Source: Camelus dromedarius
Lineage: Eukaryota
Reading direction: 5' to 3'
Assembly (NCBI RefSeq): GCF_036321535.1
Contig: NC_087436.1
Span: 31,126,001 to 31,190,000 of the forward strand
Length of the DNA: 64,000 nucleotides
Of the stretch, positions 50,690 through 63,589 are shown piece after piece. Made by a program: the position numbers and the translations under genes. Each line of letters begins with the position of its first letter. Positions within the stretch are counted from its first letter, which is position 1. Under the pieces are notes generated by a model, which saw only the letters and a list, made by a program, of their open reading frames with translations, made no database searches and was not told the DNA's origin.

Positions 50690-51280
50690 TTCAAGAAATG
50701 TTGCTTGTGCAATCATTTATCCAAACAGGAAACAATAGATTCTTTACTCAAATCCCACAAAAAATCAACCCTGGGTGTGTTAAACACCAAGAAGGGGAAA
50801 GAAAACTTTAAGAAATCTAAGAAAAGTTACAGGAGAAAACCTTTAGAATTTTTCATTAATAAGACATAGGAAAAAAAACCTATGAAGGAAAAGTATACTG
50901 AATGAAACTGACCACAATAAAATGATAAAGTTTATCAAAGATCATAAATAAAGTAAAATGATATGACACAGAGTATGAAAATAATAACACAGATACCCAA
51001 CCAATTATTAATACCTAAGATACACAAAAAATCTCTACAGATCATTAAGCAACAAACAAACTCAACAGAAAAGTGGACAAAAGATGAGACTAGATAATTC
51101 ATACAACTCTGTTTACCAATAAAGATATAAAAAGACAATCTCATTGGACATCAAGAAAATGCAAATAATAAACAATGAGATCCTTTGTAACAGCCATATA
51201 ACTGGTAAATTTTGCACTTATCTTAGCCAAAAGGCTGAGAAGCGATATATAACTGGTAAATTTTGAAAACCTCACAAAAA
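50690..51280 (+). mobile_element. Old L1 ORF2 3' fragment (hosts the U2 retrocopy)
   Basis: CAACAGAAAAGTGGACAAAAGATGAGACTAGATAATTCA...AAATGCAAATAATAAACAATGAGAT. Confidence 0.7.
51215..51246 (-). pseudogene. RNU2: 3'-truncated (tailless) U2 snRNA retropseudogene with 19-bp TSD
   Basis: The minus strand reads ATCGCTTCTCAGCCTTTTGGCTAAGAT-AAGTG against U2 nt 1-33 ATCGCTTCTCGGCCTTTTGGCTAAGATCAAGTG (one substitution, one deletion). Identical ATATAACTGGTAAATTTTG flanks at 51196-51214 and 51247-51265. Confidence 0.95.
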
Positions 51281-52364
51281 TTTCAGCCTGAAATTTAGCT
51301 TATGCAATATATATTTTTAATTTAAAATTACAGAAATAGATACACATGCTGAAATCAGGAAACTATACAGATTATACGTATTTATTTGAACTGATATTAT
51401 TTTCCTTTCAGGTGAAATGATCATTAGCATTTTAATGGAAAATTTTAAAATTGTATAAGATCAATATTTTCTTGTGAAAAATAACTAGTTGCATTTTATT
51501 TAATATGATCAAACCTGATATTTTGTAAATTTACTGTTTTTTTCTACTCAATGAGTTATATTAGTGAAATATTTATGAAACTAATGAATTAAATGTTTTA
51601 TTTGATAATGGCATTCATATATCTAATTATAGATTTTTCATATGATATATTATTATGATATAAATATTTATTAAGTTTTAAATATTAGGTTATATAGTAT
51701 ATAAATCACTGAATAATATTTACATTATTCTTTGGAAACCCAAGTAAGTTATTTAATAACTACTGGGCAATTAAACTTTGATCTTTATACTTAATTAATA
51801 ATTACTAATAAGTTTTAAATTACACATGCAGTATACCTCAGTTAAATTCTCTGGGAAGTATCCTCTAAATAAAGGCCTTAAGAATACTGAAATAAAAATT
51901 TATTTTGTAACAATACCATAATCATTTAGATATTATTATTTCCTTTGTTTATCATCTATTTTTTGCATTAAAAGCCTGAAGAGTAAGAAGATATTGCTAA
52001 TCATAAAATCTAAAATAGTCATAATACAAAAATAAGTTTCTGCTGCTAACCATTTGCCTTTTGATCTTTCCTCCAAATACTCAAACTCATCTCTTTAAAA
52101 AGTTATGATCTTATTACACAACTAGTACATGAATATGTTTTATTTATACAAAATTGAAACTTCACACACAAGGATTAAAATATCCTTGAGCACCATTATC
52201 TAATCTTTTCTCCATTTCCTGAAACAAGTCTATCCACCATTTTGTAGAATGTCAAAGTGGATCCCTTGAATAAAGTTTAGGTGCATTTCTCCTTCCCATA
52301 ATTCTGAGATGTGTTAGCCTGTAGTCATCAAGACTATTTACAAATATTAAGACCCTCTCATCTA

Positions 52365-54837
52365 TGGACACATTGTAGGATTACAATCCCTGCCCTCTTT
52401 AAGATACGCATGGCCATACAGCTTCATTTAGTCAAAGAAACATGAATGAAAGTTACTTATGTTTCTATCAAGCAGAAACTTTAAAAGCCAGTGTAGATTT
52501 CTTATTCTGGTACAGTGGAGTGAGCTTTTAAAAGTCCTACCCTCCCACATATAACAACTTTAAACTCTGCACGAAATATTAAGAGAACAAAACAAAAGCT
52601 CTAAAGAATAGGGAAAGAGCAGACAAATTTTAAAGGAGTGAAAACTTGAAAGAAAGGACCACAACCAGGTAGGTCCCAATTTTTATGGGTTTATACTGAG
52701 GGCATAACATAGTCATGTCAATATACAAGGAAGCTAAAATTCAAAGAGAAAACTCACAATCTTTCTGGCCTGAGAATCCAGAGGATAGAGTCTAGAGTAC
52801 CCATTACCAATTAAAAGTAAAAGAGAAACGCAGGAAAGAAGAAAAACAAATAAAGGAAGTTCTAGGTTCTGAGAATAAACACTATCCAAATCTTTCTTTG
52901 AACTGTGAATGATCAGCCCAGAAACAAATCAGTTTATATTGAAGTCTAAAATAAGAGATTAAAATCCAAGCTGCCCCAAATTTTCAAAAGTAAGACAGAA
53001 CTTTTTGACTGAGTACATGAAAATTATCTTCTAATAAAAACATAAAAACCTTTAAAGCAATATAACAGCATCCAGAGTTTCCAAAACATAGCAATTATAA
53101 TATTAAGAAAATAATAAAAAATTATTTGAAATACCAAGAACAACAACAAAAAAGTGACCTATTCTTAAGGAAGAAAGAAAAAAACCAACAGACACCAATT
53201 TGGATATGATACCAAGGTTGAAATCATAATAAAGGGGTTTTAAAGCAGCTATTATAAATATGACCATTGTATTTAATATGGTAAAGGAATATGCAATTCT
53301 AGTAAGTAGAAAGGTAGGAATTCTCAGTGAAAAATAGAAATTATAAAAATAGACCAAATTTTGTAGCTGAAAAATACAAGATCTAAAATGAAAAGTAAAG
53401 GTTAATGGATTAGTTTAAGGGCAGAATAGAGATGACAGAAGAAAAAAATCTATTTCAACATGAAAATGAAAATAGATCATTAGAAAATATCCGATTGAAA
53501 GATAATAGAGAAAAAAAAAACAGAACTTCAGGGACTTGTTTGGCAGTATTTATAAAGTCTGGCATGCATGTAATTTGAGTCAAAGGAAGAGAAAGAAAAA
53601 TGTGAGAATTAAAAAATACATACTTAAATAAATAATGATGGAAAATTCCCCCAAATTTGTTGAAAAACATAAACTTGTCTATTGAAGAAGATGCAACACA
53701 GAAAGAAACAAAGAAAACCAAACCTAGGCTCATCATAATCAAACTACTGACATGCAAAAACTAAGAGAAAATCTTTGAATTATTGTGGACTTTTCATTAG
53801 AAACTATAGAAGCCAGAAAACAGTGGAACGGTATCTTTAAAGAGATGACAAAAAGAGACTGAAACTCCAGAATTTTGAACTCATCAAAAATCTCCTTAAT
53901 TAATTAAGGACAAGTAAGTATATTTTCAAGTAAAATAAAACTAAGGAGATTTATCACTAACAAAACTATACCAAAAAAAGGAAAAATTACTCGAGGACAT
54001 TCTTTAAGGCTGAAGAGAAATGATACCAGAAGGAAACTTAGATCATCAAGAAGAAATGAAAAGCATCTGAAATAATAACTATGTGGATAAATATAAAACA
54101 CTATTTTACTGTTAATTTATTTTAAATACACATAAATGTTTAAAAATAAAATTATAATATTTACGTAAGAGAAAAGAGTATATATCCACAAAAAGACATA
54201 CATGAATGTTCATACAGCTTGATTCAAAATAGACAAAAGCAGAAAATTACTCAAAGGTGAATGAAAAAACAAAATGTGGTAAATGAAGACAATGGAATAC
54301 GAGTAAGCATGAAAAGGAATTAACTATCAATACATGCAACAACATGAATGAACCTCAAAATCATTGTACTAAATGAAAAAGCCAGACACACAAAAATGTA
54401 TTCTGCATGACTGCATTTATATAGAATTCTAGAAAATTTAAGTTAAATCATAGTAACAAAAACAGATCAGTTTGCTGCATGAGGCAGGGAGTGGAGGGAG
54501 AGTACAAAGGGTGAAATGAGTTTGATGGAAATGTTTCATATCTTGATCAAGGCAGGAACTTCATTGATGTAGACATCAAAACTTATTTCATTTAGCACTT
54601 TAAATGAGTGAATTTTATTTTATTTTGTTTATGTCTGACTAAATGATATTTTAAAAACATAAGTCAATATAATTCACAATAGAGTCTTCCAGATAGGAGA
54701 TGCTCCTTTAGTCTAACTCCCAGAGTGAGTACACCAAAATGATATGGAGATAGCAAGTGAGGAACCACTGTTGCCTTATGCCCTGAGATTTTTAGAGTTG
54801 TTATCACAGAAAACTCTAAATGCTCCAAATTAATACA
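52365..54837 (+). mobile_element. MLT1 LTR (halves at about 52365-52510 and 54680-54837) split by L1 sequence (5'UTR/ORF1 at about 52510-54150, 3' end at about 54170-54660)
   Basis: MLT text ATGGCCATACAGCTTCATTTAGTCAAAGAAACATGAATGAAAG...TTTAAAAGCCAGTG resumes as CCAGATAGGAGATGCTCCTTTAGTC...CCCTGAGATTTTTAGAGTTGTT...TAATACA. Between them is L1 ORF1-type text and an L1 3' end (ACATGCAACAACATGAATGAACCTCAAAATCATTGTACTAAATGAAAAAGCCAGAC). Confidence 0.7.
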
Positions 54838-54929
54838 ATTTGTTTATTTGTTGTCTTTCACAAGTGAGCCCAGAGAATTCAGCTATAGAGTAGACCTGAG
54901 TGAATTTATGTTAATCCTATCATGTATCC

Positions 54930-55262
54930 ATTTTGGGTGCCTATTAGATGCAAGTTATCCAGTGTGACGTGAAAGGAAGTCTTTTAGAGACTTCTTAGAA
55001 ACCAAGCCTTGATCTCAAAAGGGAATAATTTTTCTTCCTATGGGTTGTGCTATGCATGAATATAAAGCCAGAATAACTAAATCCAACTTGCTGCCCTCTT
55101 AAAGATTAAAGAACATCTAAGAAGTAAAGCTGAGTTATGTCACTAATCAAGACAATTAGGAAGACCTAACACTGGACTACCAATTGTGTGAGGCAGTAAA
55201 TGTCCTTACTTTAAACTGGCTTTTAAATTACTATAGCTAAAGGCTTCTTAACCAACCTATAC
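54930..55262 (+). mobile_element. Second diverged MLT1-like LTR
   Basis: CTGGACTACCAATTGTGTGAGGCAGTAAATGTCCTTACTTTAAACT...TACTATAGCTAAAGGCTTCTTAACC. Confidence 0.5.
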
Positions 55263-58200
55263 ATACATTGCTATACTAACACTACTAGAGCCTCAATAAA
55301 CTCTTATGCAGTCAGATTTCTCTTATAGAATGTTGTTGTCTTAAGCACAATTTTCTTTTCTCTATCATGTGTCCTAATTCTGGTGGATTTCTCCTTCTTC
55401 TCTCAAAATGTCTAACTCTGGTTGAAATAGTATTTATTTCCCATGTTTTCTAAAATGATAGGCAGTCATTTTCTTTCACCGACCCTTTTCAGACAACCCT
55501 CATAAGACTTACATGCTTTACCTATGAACATTTATTCTATTTATTCACTGAAATTTTGCAGCACAAGATGAAGCCACAGTTTTCCCTCCAAGGTTCACCC
55601 AGGCCAGCTTTAGTATTCTTTGTAACTTCATTTGTTGTTATTACCACTCGACTCTCTCTATTCAATCCAATGTCTTGCCATTATTCTATATATTGCCAGC
55701 TTTTCTAGTTCATTGTCACTCTGTATTTCAGTTTTAACAAACTTGGTCAGGCTACTGTCACACATATTGAGACCTATCCCATTTCTCATCTATTCCAAGC
55801 TCTTCACTAACACAGCAAGAGGAACTGTAAGCATTTTCTGTTTAATATTTATATTACTTGCTTAATTTGGTACCTAAGCTGGTATTACTTTTGCTCTGTT
55901 TTCCATATCATATTGTGACTCCTCTGTTACCACTACCTGTGTAGTTGTGATTCGAAGGCAACTTAAATGAAAGCAAAGGTCAATCTGAATGTGAGTAACC
56001 TTGGAGATTTTATTGTCCTCTTTCAGTCTATCAGCCATCTGCAAAATAGACAATGCTACACCTCAGCCTGTCTCAAAAGTCAACATTTTTTATGAAGACA
56101 TATGGGTTCCACGAAACTCTTTTCTCCTCAACTCAGCCTTTCAGAGTATTATCCAATTTCAGCCCTTTCCCAAAACAACACATTAATCTATATGATAGGA
56201 CAGGAAGGTGAAGAAAATGTTACCAGGAAAGGAGGTATTCATCTTCTTCTTGTTTGTTCTTGGCATCCTATGACATTTTAACCATTAATAAATGGCCTTA
56301 ACTGGACATTTAGGAATCTGCAAGCCTCTCCCAAGTCTAAATAAATTTTAATTGCAATTCAAAGCAATTAGTACAAATTGATACAGCAGAACCTTATGGA
56401 TATGTATTATCCCAAGTCTGCCCCAGAACCAAAATAGTAAAAAGCATCTGAGCTGGTTATCAAGAGAAAGTTCACAATCACAGACAGCCCAAGGTTATAG
56501 AACTTAATAATAACAGGTTATGTAATAGCCCTATCAAAACCAATAGCAGTGGATAAAGTGGCATTCAAAAGGCAGCAGGGACCTACCAAAAATCAACTCC
56601 GTTTCTTCTGAATTTAGCTTCAGGACATTTTAGAAATCCAGGCCTAAGTGTCAGCTAGGCACCTCATCAAACCAAAAATTGCCTCTCTTCCTCCCTCTTC
56701 CAGGTCTGTTAAGATGAAAAAGTAAACCTGCATGTCATCAAGCCAACAATGTTAGTTGAAATTATGGCTCAGCATGATTATCTCTAATGGAGGCACAAGC
56801 ACACAGGACAGCATGGGTCTGGAATTTTACCCTGTATGACTCCAAAGAGCAGTTCAACCATTCTAGAGAACATTCCACCTATAAAATAAAGTCAGATATG
56901 TGAAGCATGAAATAAAATCGACACTATTTTAACAGTGCATTGGAGTGAAACACAGCCAGTGAGGTCTTATGAGAACAGATAGTTGCGGATGAAGTCAGAT
57001 ATTTTCCTAAAATGTAATCTTTCTATCTTTATAGTTAGTCTGAGGAAAACTAGGAATACAGTTAAAAAATTCAAATAGTTAATATTTTGGTGTTGAGACC
57101 CTGGCAATTCTAACACTAGAGTATAAAATGAGACCTCTATGCAGATATTTGGAGTTGAGAAAAAGTCATAGCATCATCATGAGACAAGAATTCTTTCACC
57201 ACTGAAAAAGCAGAGCCTGCACAGCTAATCCACCACTGAGTAAATCGCAAACTTGGTCATCTCAATATGTTTGAAAAGAACAATAGATGCATACATCTAC
57301 TTAAGGAATATGAAAAAATTACCTTTTTTGAATATGTACAACATGCATAAGCTGTATGTGCATGTATGTGTGTGTTTATGAGAGAGAAATAGGAGCTTTA
57401 GTGGGATTAAGGCAATTCCTCTGCAACCCCAATTGCACATATACCTTCCTTTTCTCTTTCTTATGTTCTTTCCAACAGGCATGGCATATAGTTCACCCAT
57501 TTTCCATTTTCCCTTCTTAACAGAAATCTACTCTCTTGCACTTGACTGTGTTTTTCTGGGGAGAAAGGGGCCAGTCCATGCCTGGAATGAGTTATGGTTG
57601 ATGTAATTCAACTATGGTTGTCCCACTTACCTTCCTAGGAAGTGATTAAACTTGTCATTTCAAAACAGTGAAGCAAAGGTTTTAGACCATTTTAAATACA
57701 GTTTCAATAAAATTTCAGGATTCTACTTTAGACTATAACTATGTACACCCTAACATGGATGCTCAGTGTTCTACACATATTATCAGTCCTTGATTTTAAA
57801 AAGTTAAGATCAGTTGTATTTTATTTGAATGATCATTTAAATTCACTAATCCCAGAAAATTTTCCCAGAAGAGTAACTACAAAGTAGAAGGAATAATTGA
57901 AGGATCACAAATCCGTAGCCATTATAGCATATTTTTGTTTTTAATTGCATTTTAAAACACAATATATTCATAAATAATATAGTCACACAATATTTCATGT
58001 CTTTCTATTCTAAAGTTGTCGATTTTTCAGAAAAAAAATGTCAGCACTTCAGGTTAGTACCATCATTTAATGGCTGCTTTTATGACTTTGCTATATAGCA
58101 TATTTTCAAAACGCTTTTAAATTATAATAGCCTTGCTTTAAAAACAGCAAATAGCAAAAACACTCACAGACATCTTGATATACATAAACACAGTTTGAAA

Positions 58201-59874
58201 ATACTTCTGCCATGTGGCAAAGCATAAATACAGTTTACAATTAATTCAAAATGCCAACTTTGAAATGATGAATTTTTAAATTTTTAAAATAAAAGATTTG
58301 AAGAATTTCATTTTTATTTAAAATAAAAGTGTATTCCTATTTTACATTTTGCTATGTCAAATCTGCCCTATTAAATTTTTATGATGTGTGACTACATGCG
58401 CATCAATAAGATACACTGAACAACTAGAGTTTTTCTTGAGAATACAGAGGAACTATGGCATTGCAGGATTACTAGAAGTATAGCATTTACAGTTGAGAGA
58501 GGATAAACTTTCCTCAAAGATTAACAGTAAAAAAATACTACTTTTTAATATGTTGGTTGACATTTAAGTCCATTTTATTTTTTCTGAACCTTCATAAGTA
58601 TTTCTTGACTGATTTCATAAAATAATTATTTATCTGCTTCCTGACTCCACGTGACACAAGACACCAGACCATTCAACAGGGGAGAACACCTCACTGAAAT
58701 ATGTTCTTACTAACTGTATCATTCAAGTAATGAGAAGTTGCTATATAGGTTAAGATTACAAACACTCCCCCTTTTTTTTTTTTGTAAAATTCTCATAGTA
58801 ATTTCTTCCCATTCTTTCTCATGGAAAACTCCACTATTCTTTTAGAAGCCTGTTACCTGCTTGAACTATCTAATTAATCAATAAAAATAAGCCTTTTAAC
58901 TGTGAGTTTTGTTTTGGGGTTTTTCTAAACCTAATTTACACATATGTATTTCCACTTTATAAGTAATCCATCATTTTAGTACTTACATTAGTAAAGAACT
59001 TTCAGTTCCTGTGAGGAAATACATACATAAATGTAAGAAGTAGACTAAATATTTTAAAACTTAGACAATTCAAAAAAATTAAACATGTCAGTATTTTGCA
59101 GTAGGATGTTGTCAAAAGCCTGATCAATATACCACCAGAGGATATTTCCCAAAAAATTACCTCATCTACTTTCACAGTAATGATCCAAAGTCAGATCAGA
59201 ACTTTCAATTCGCCTGCTTTTTCCTCAGATGACCCTCTCCTAATTAGCCTTTATGGCCCTTTCTCCTAATCTGAAAAGTCACTGGTCTCTAGTCTGTCTT
59301 AGAATTTAAGGAGTTACTTCCATGACTATATTTTAGCACACAAAACTTCATTAAGAATACAGCTTATGTTTGACTCTGATTAAACCAGTTCAAAATACAA
59401 TCTCCAAGGTTATAGTAAATCCAAACCAGCTGGCGTCATCTCACTTCTTAACAGAAGGATTTGTAGGGTTTTTGGAATCTAGAAATGACTGATGAGTGGC
59501 TTTGAAATTTTAAGATACCAGCATCCACAGATGATACCTACTCAGTCATCGTTCCCTCCAGGATACAGGCATTTTGAAAATTTCCTATAGGTAGTTTCCA
59601 AATGCTTATCACCATTAAAATCCAGGTAGTTCATTATTTTTCCTGGTTTTCCTCCTTGTTTTCCTTCCTGCATCATCTTCTGTAGTTTGCCACTGGTAAG
59701 AACACACAAACCCATAGCACAGCTACCTGGCTCCACTCATCCCTACCTCTGACTCTCTACGAACAAAGGTCCCAGATGGTGAGAGTAAAGTATATTCTAT
59801 TTGTTGTAGTACGACTGTCTTTTTGCTCTCGTTTTGCCATATGCTTTGTGTTGGGAAACAATTAATTGTTAACG

Positions 59875-60070
59875 ATTAAGAGAATGGGCTTTTCTGTAAT
59901 TCCACTGCTTATTGGCTGTGCAGCATCACAAAATCTCTTCAAGACCCAATTTCTCATCTATAAAAAGGAGATATCACTATCTCATAAAGTTATTGCAAAG
60001 ATTAAACAAGACAATACTAATACAGAGCTTGAAAGAATAACAGACACGTTAAAGCATGCAATAAATTATT
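59875..60070 (+). mobile_element. MIR SINE
   Basis: CCCAATTTCTCATCTATAAAAAGGAGATA...GTTATTGCAAAGATTAAA. Confidence 0.7.
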
Positions 60071-60849
60071 TGGAGAAGTCATGTAAAGAACAAAAAGTGT
60101 AGCCAATCTTTTCCTTTTAGAAATGTCAAGATGCCTTTCAAAAAGGCAGCAGCTTCTAAGGTTCCTTGTGTTCTCTGGAGTACAACTAGATAGACAGAGG
60201 CTCTCTCAGGAAACAATATCTATGCTTTTCACACTTTTATTATTCTTAGAATTCCTGACTTACCGAAAAAATGTAAGAACAGAACAGCGTGTCACAGGTT
60301 AACACATCATCTGTAATTCTGGTATTTGGAATGATATGTACAGGAGAACTTTCTCTATCCTTCTTTTACTATCTGATTCCACTTTAAGTTTCCCTTTCTG
60401 ACCAGAAATGTAGCTCTCTGAATGAAAATGCTGAACTACAGGAAATAAAAATGAATGATAATTTGAAAGGCAAACAGGAGCCATCAGTCAAATTTCTTTT
60501 TAAAATAGAGTGTTTATTTCAGACTACTTGTTGGTGACAACAGGGGAGAAAATCTCAACTCCAGCACTTTTTTTTTTTTTTGTCAGATTTGAAGAGCCTG
60601 CCCTACTTTGACATTTCATTGAAAGAGAGGAAAAAACCTGATTTCTTAATTTAAATTGCACTGTTCCTCAATGCAGAGATTAGCAATATTTCCCTTAATT
60701 TTGACTTTTGATGCCCCATTATTCCCCTGGTTTGCATTTAAAATCAGTCTCCTCTTCAGCTAGAAATTATCTTTCCTTCCCTGACAGGTTTGACAGCACT
60801 CAATTCTCAAACCAGTCTTACAGGAAAGGGGAAAAAATGTATTCTGAAA

Positions 60850-61125
60850 CAAAAAGGCCGCATATTTTCCATGTTTAAATCTTTTTTTATTTTCATTTTT
60901 TATTCGGAACCTAAAAGCTCTAAAATGGATGGCGTCTCCAGCGTTTGAAGGCAGCTAAATCAGAGACCTTTCCTCACAGGAAGTTCGTGCAGGAACTGAG
61001 CAGCCTGGGGAGACCGGGTGCCACCGCCAGTGCTTTCATAGGCTGTAAGTGCCTGTTGTAATCTAATAGCAACAAGTTTGGAAAAACAGAAAAGCAATAA
61101 CTAGAATTCTCCTTCCCAGGAAAGT
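60850..61125. promoter_or_regulatory. Candidate enhancer/promoter (CpG-retaining, ETS/STAT motifs)
   Basis: 7 CpGs in 60858-61027 in an otherwise CpG-poor window. Motifs ACAGGAAGT, CAGGAACT and TTCCCAGGAA. No repeat recognised. Confidence 0.4.
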
Positions 61126-62043
61126 TCAATTAATTCAATTGGTCCTTCAGTTGCTAAATTTTTACCAGAGCTGGAGTCTCTAACCTTATTTCAATGAAAA
61201 TAAGTAGAATACCATTAATTCCTTTTCAGCAGTACATTTGATTGTGTGAAGAGGTTTTCATGCTTCAGCTTGTAACCTATTTCCCTTGATATATGAACAT
61301 TACTTTCCCTTTATTTTAATGCAGCAGCTTAAGGCTAAGGTGTCAAAATTGTCTTTTATTTCCTAATTTTTCTCCTTATATTTCACCAAGTGAATACCAT
61401 AATCAAAACCTGAAAATAGCATTTTTCCCCTGACAATATTTCCAATTCCTGCATTTAACCAGATTATCTCCTGTCCCTTTCTTTGTCCCATGACACACAA
61501 GCAAAGGTGGTCTGGGGTATTGGCCATGAAGAGTAAACACCGTACACTAATAATATTAAGATATTTAAAGTCATCAATTGAATTTCCTTTGGGGGAAGAA
61601 TTCAATAATGGAATACTCTGTAGTCTTAGAAATTGTGTTGTAGAGGATTAATTAACAACGTAGAAAGATCTGTCATGAATTAAGTGGGAGGGTAGGTTAC
61701 AAAACACCATCTAGTCTCTAATCATGCTTATTTTACCTCTCCATCTGCATTATTCTACCATTATTTCCTTATTTCCTATGCTTTAAAGTCCTCTGCATCC
61801 CTCAAACACTGGGGCAGTCCCTGAATAGCCTAGCCAACCCTCACTTTCAGCCTGATTCCCAAACACCATCAGCTAGAGGTGGCCTGTGGCATTTTTACTT
61901 TTGCTTTTCAGGAGTCACATGTCCCCCACCATTTCTCTTTCATTCCATCCCCACCCAACCTCTCACCTTTTCTTTGACCTTTTGGAATTCAGAACTGGAG
62001 CTGCAACGGACATTTTGCTACCTTAAAGAAAAAGCCTCAAGAG

Positions 62044-62460
62044 CAATCCTGTGTTATTAAATATTTAACATTCGGTTGTTTTTTCTGCAGGAGGTGGGAG
62101 TGCGGGGGAATTCTTACATATAGCATTGGCTGATTTCCTTGGCGTAAATACCTCCATCACACTCTATTTAAAGGCCACAGTGTGATATCATCTAACACCA
62201 ACTTAAGAAAATAGGTGCAATAAACTCACCATTATATAGTACTTTCACCACACAGTTAACGATAGATATAAATAACCTTATGTGCATTGATAATAAATAC
62301 AGTAAAATAATTAGGAAGTGATGAGTTTTGGAGTATTTATTACCTTTTGAAAATAATGTCATTGTTCACAAAATTTTTAATAATTGCTATTTCACAACCA
62401 TCTCACTAATTCCTAAAAATTTAACAATTGGCTCTTTTAAACTGCTCCAGCATACCACTA
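62044..62460. mobile_element. MER63-type hAT-Blackjack element
   Basis: GGAAGTGATGAGTTTTGGAGTATTTATTACCTTTTG...AAAATTTAACAATTGGCTCT...CTCCAGCATACCACT. Confidence 0.85.
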
Positions 62461-62639
62461 CTCAAGAGAACCCCAGAGATTCAGTCCTAATAATATTAAG
62501 CAACCAAATCATTGCTAAAATTAGTCTACTCCAAACTTTGTGTTACCTTGAAAAGCAAACCTAGGTTTGACTAAACTACTTAGTCAAGTTTTCTGTTACT
62601 TGTAGATTAGGCATTCCTAACTGATATACCCATTAAACT

Positions 62640-62910
62640 CTTTTCTGCCTCAGTCTTTTTGCTGATTTCACACTTCCCCACTGACAGGACCCCCAGTATT
62701 CATGAGGCTGGCTCCTTCTCAAAACTCAGGTTCTAGGCCAAAGTCATCCCCCAGAAACAGCTTCCCTAATCACCTATTTAATGCCTCTAACTTTTTATTA
62801 CATTCCCTTGTTTTATATTACCCTACTGCAATATCTGAAACTATAATTTCTTTGCTTGTTTATTGCCTATTTCTCTCATCAAAGGAAAAACTCTTTAACA
62901 GGGAACCACT
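62640..62910 (+). mobile_element. L2 fragment
   Basis: GGCTGGCTCCTTCTC...AAAGTCATCCCCCAGAAACAGCTTCCCTAATCACCTATTTAA...TTGCTTGTTTATTGCCTATTTCTC. Confidence 0.65.
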
Positions 62911-63143
62911 GAACTTGCACAGTAGGCAAGGTTATAGTGAAAACATAGCCAGTGTGGTTGAGAGATAGGTTACACTGAGCAAATAAGTAAAATACTGAGA
63001 ATAAAGGGAGTCGATGTTCTCAACAGCAGAAAAGATTTGTAAACATGGAAAGAGGGAAGTCTGGAAAGAGCTCTGAGGTACTGGAATAGAATAATAAGTA
63101 TTGGTATAGACTCATGATTTTATAATATACATATATTACAGAT

Positions 63144-63482
63144 TGTCTTAGTCCATTTGGGTATACTATAACAAAAGACTGGGTTTCTAATAAGCAACAG
63201 AAATTTATTTCTCACAGTTCTAGGGGCTGGATGTTTGAGATTAGCCCTTCCACCATGGTCAGACAAGGGCTCTCTGCTGGGTTGCAGACTTCTCATATCC
63301 TCATATGGTAGAAGGACCAGGGAGCTCTGTACGATATCCTATGTAAGAGTCATAATCTCATTCATGAACTCTCCTCCCCTAGGACCTAATCACTTCTCAA
63401 AAGCCCCTCTTTTTTACACCATCACACTGGATGTTAGGATTCCAACATGTGAATTTGAGAAGAACACATTCAAACAATTGCA
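63144..63482 (-). mobile_element. MLT1A-like (MaLR) solo LTR
   Basis: TGTCTTAGTCCATTTGGG...AACAGAAATTTATTTCTCACAGTTCTAGGGGCTGG...ACCATCACACTGGATGTTAGGATTCCAACATGTGAATTTG...CA. Confidence 0.9.
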
Positions 63483-63589
63483 CTGGTACATACAGAAATA
63501 TTATAGATGTATACTGGTCAGAAACACAAAAGAGTGTTATATACATATATATGTTTCCTATCTCTGTTCGCTAAGAGGGCATAAAAGCA

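Noticed and set aside
51215..51246. Functional U2 snRNA gene
   Set aside because: Only the first ~33 nt are present and they are mutated. There is no Sm site or 3' box, and the segment is flanked by a TSD.
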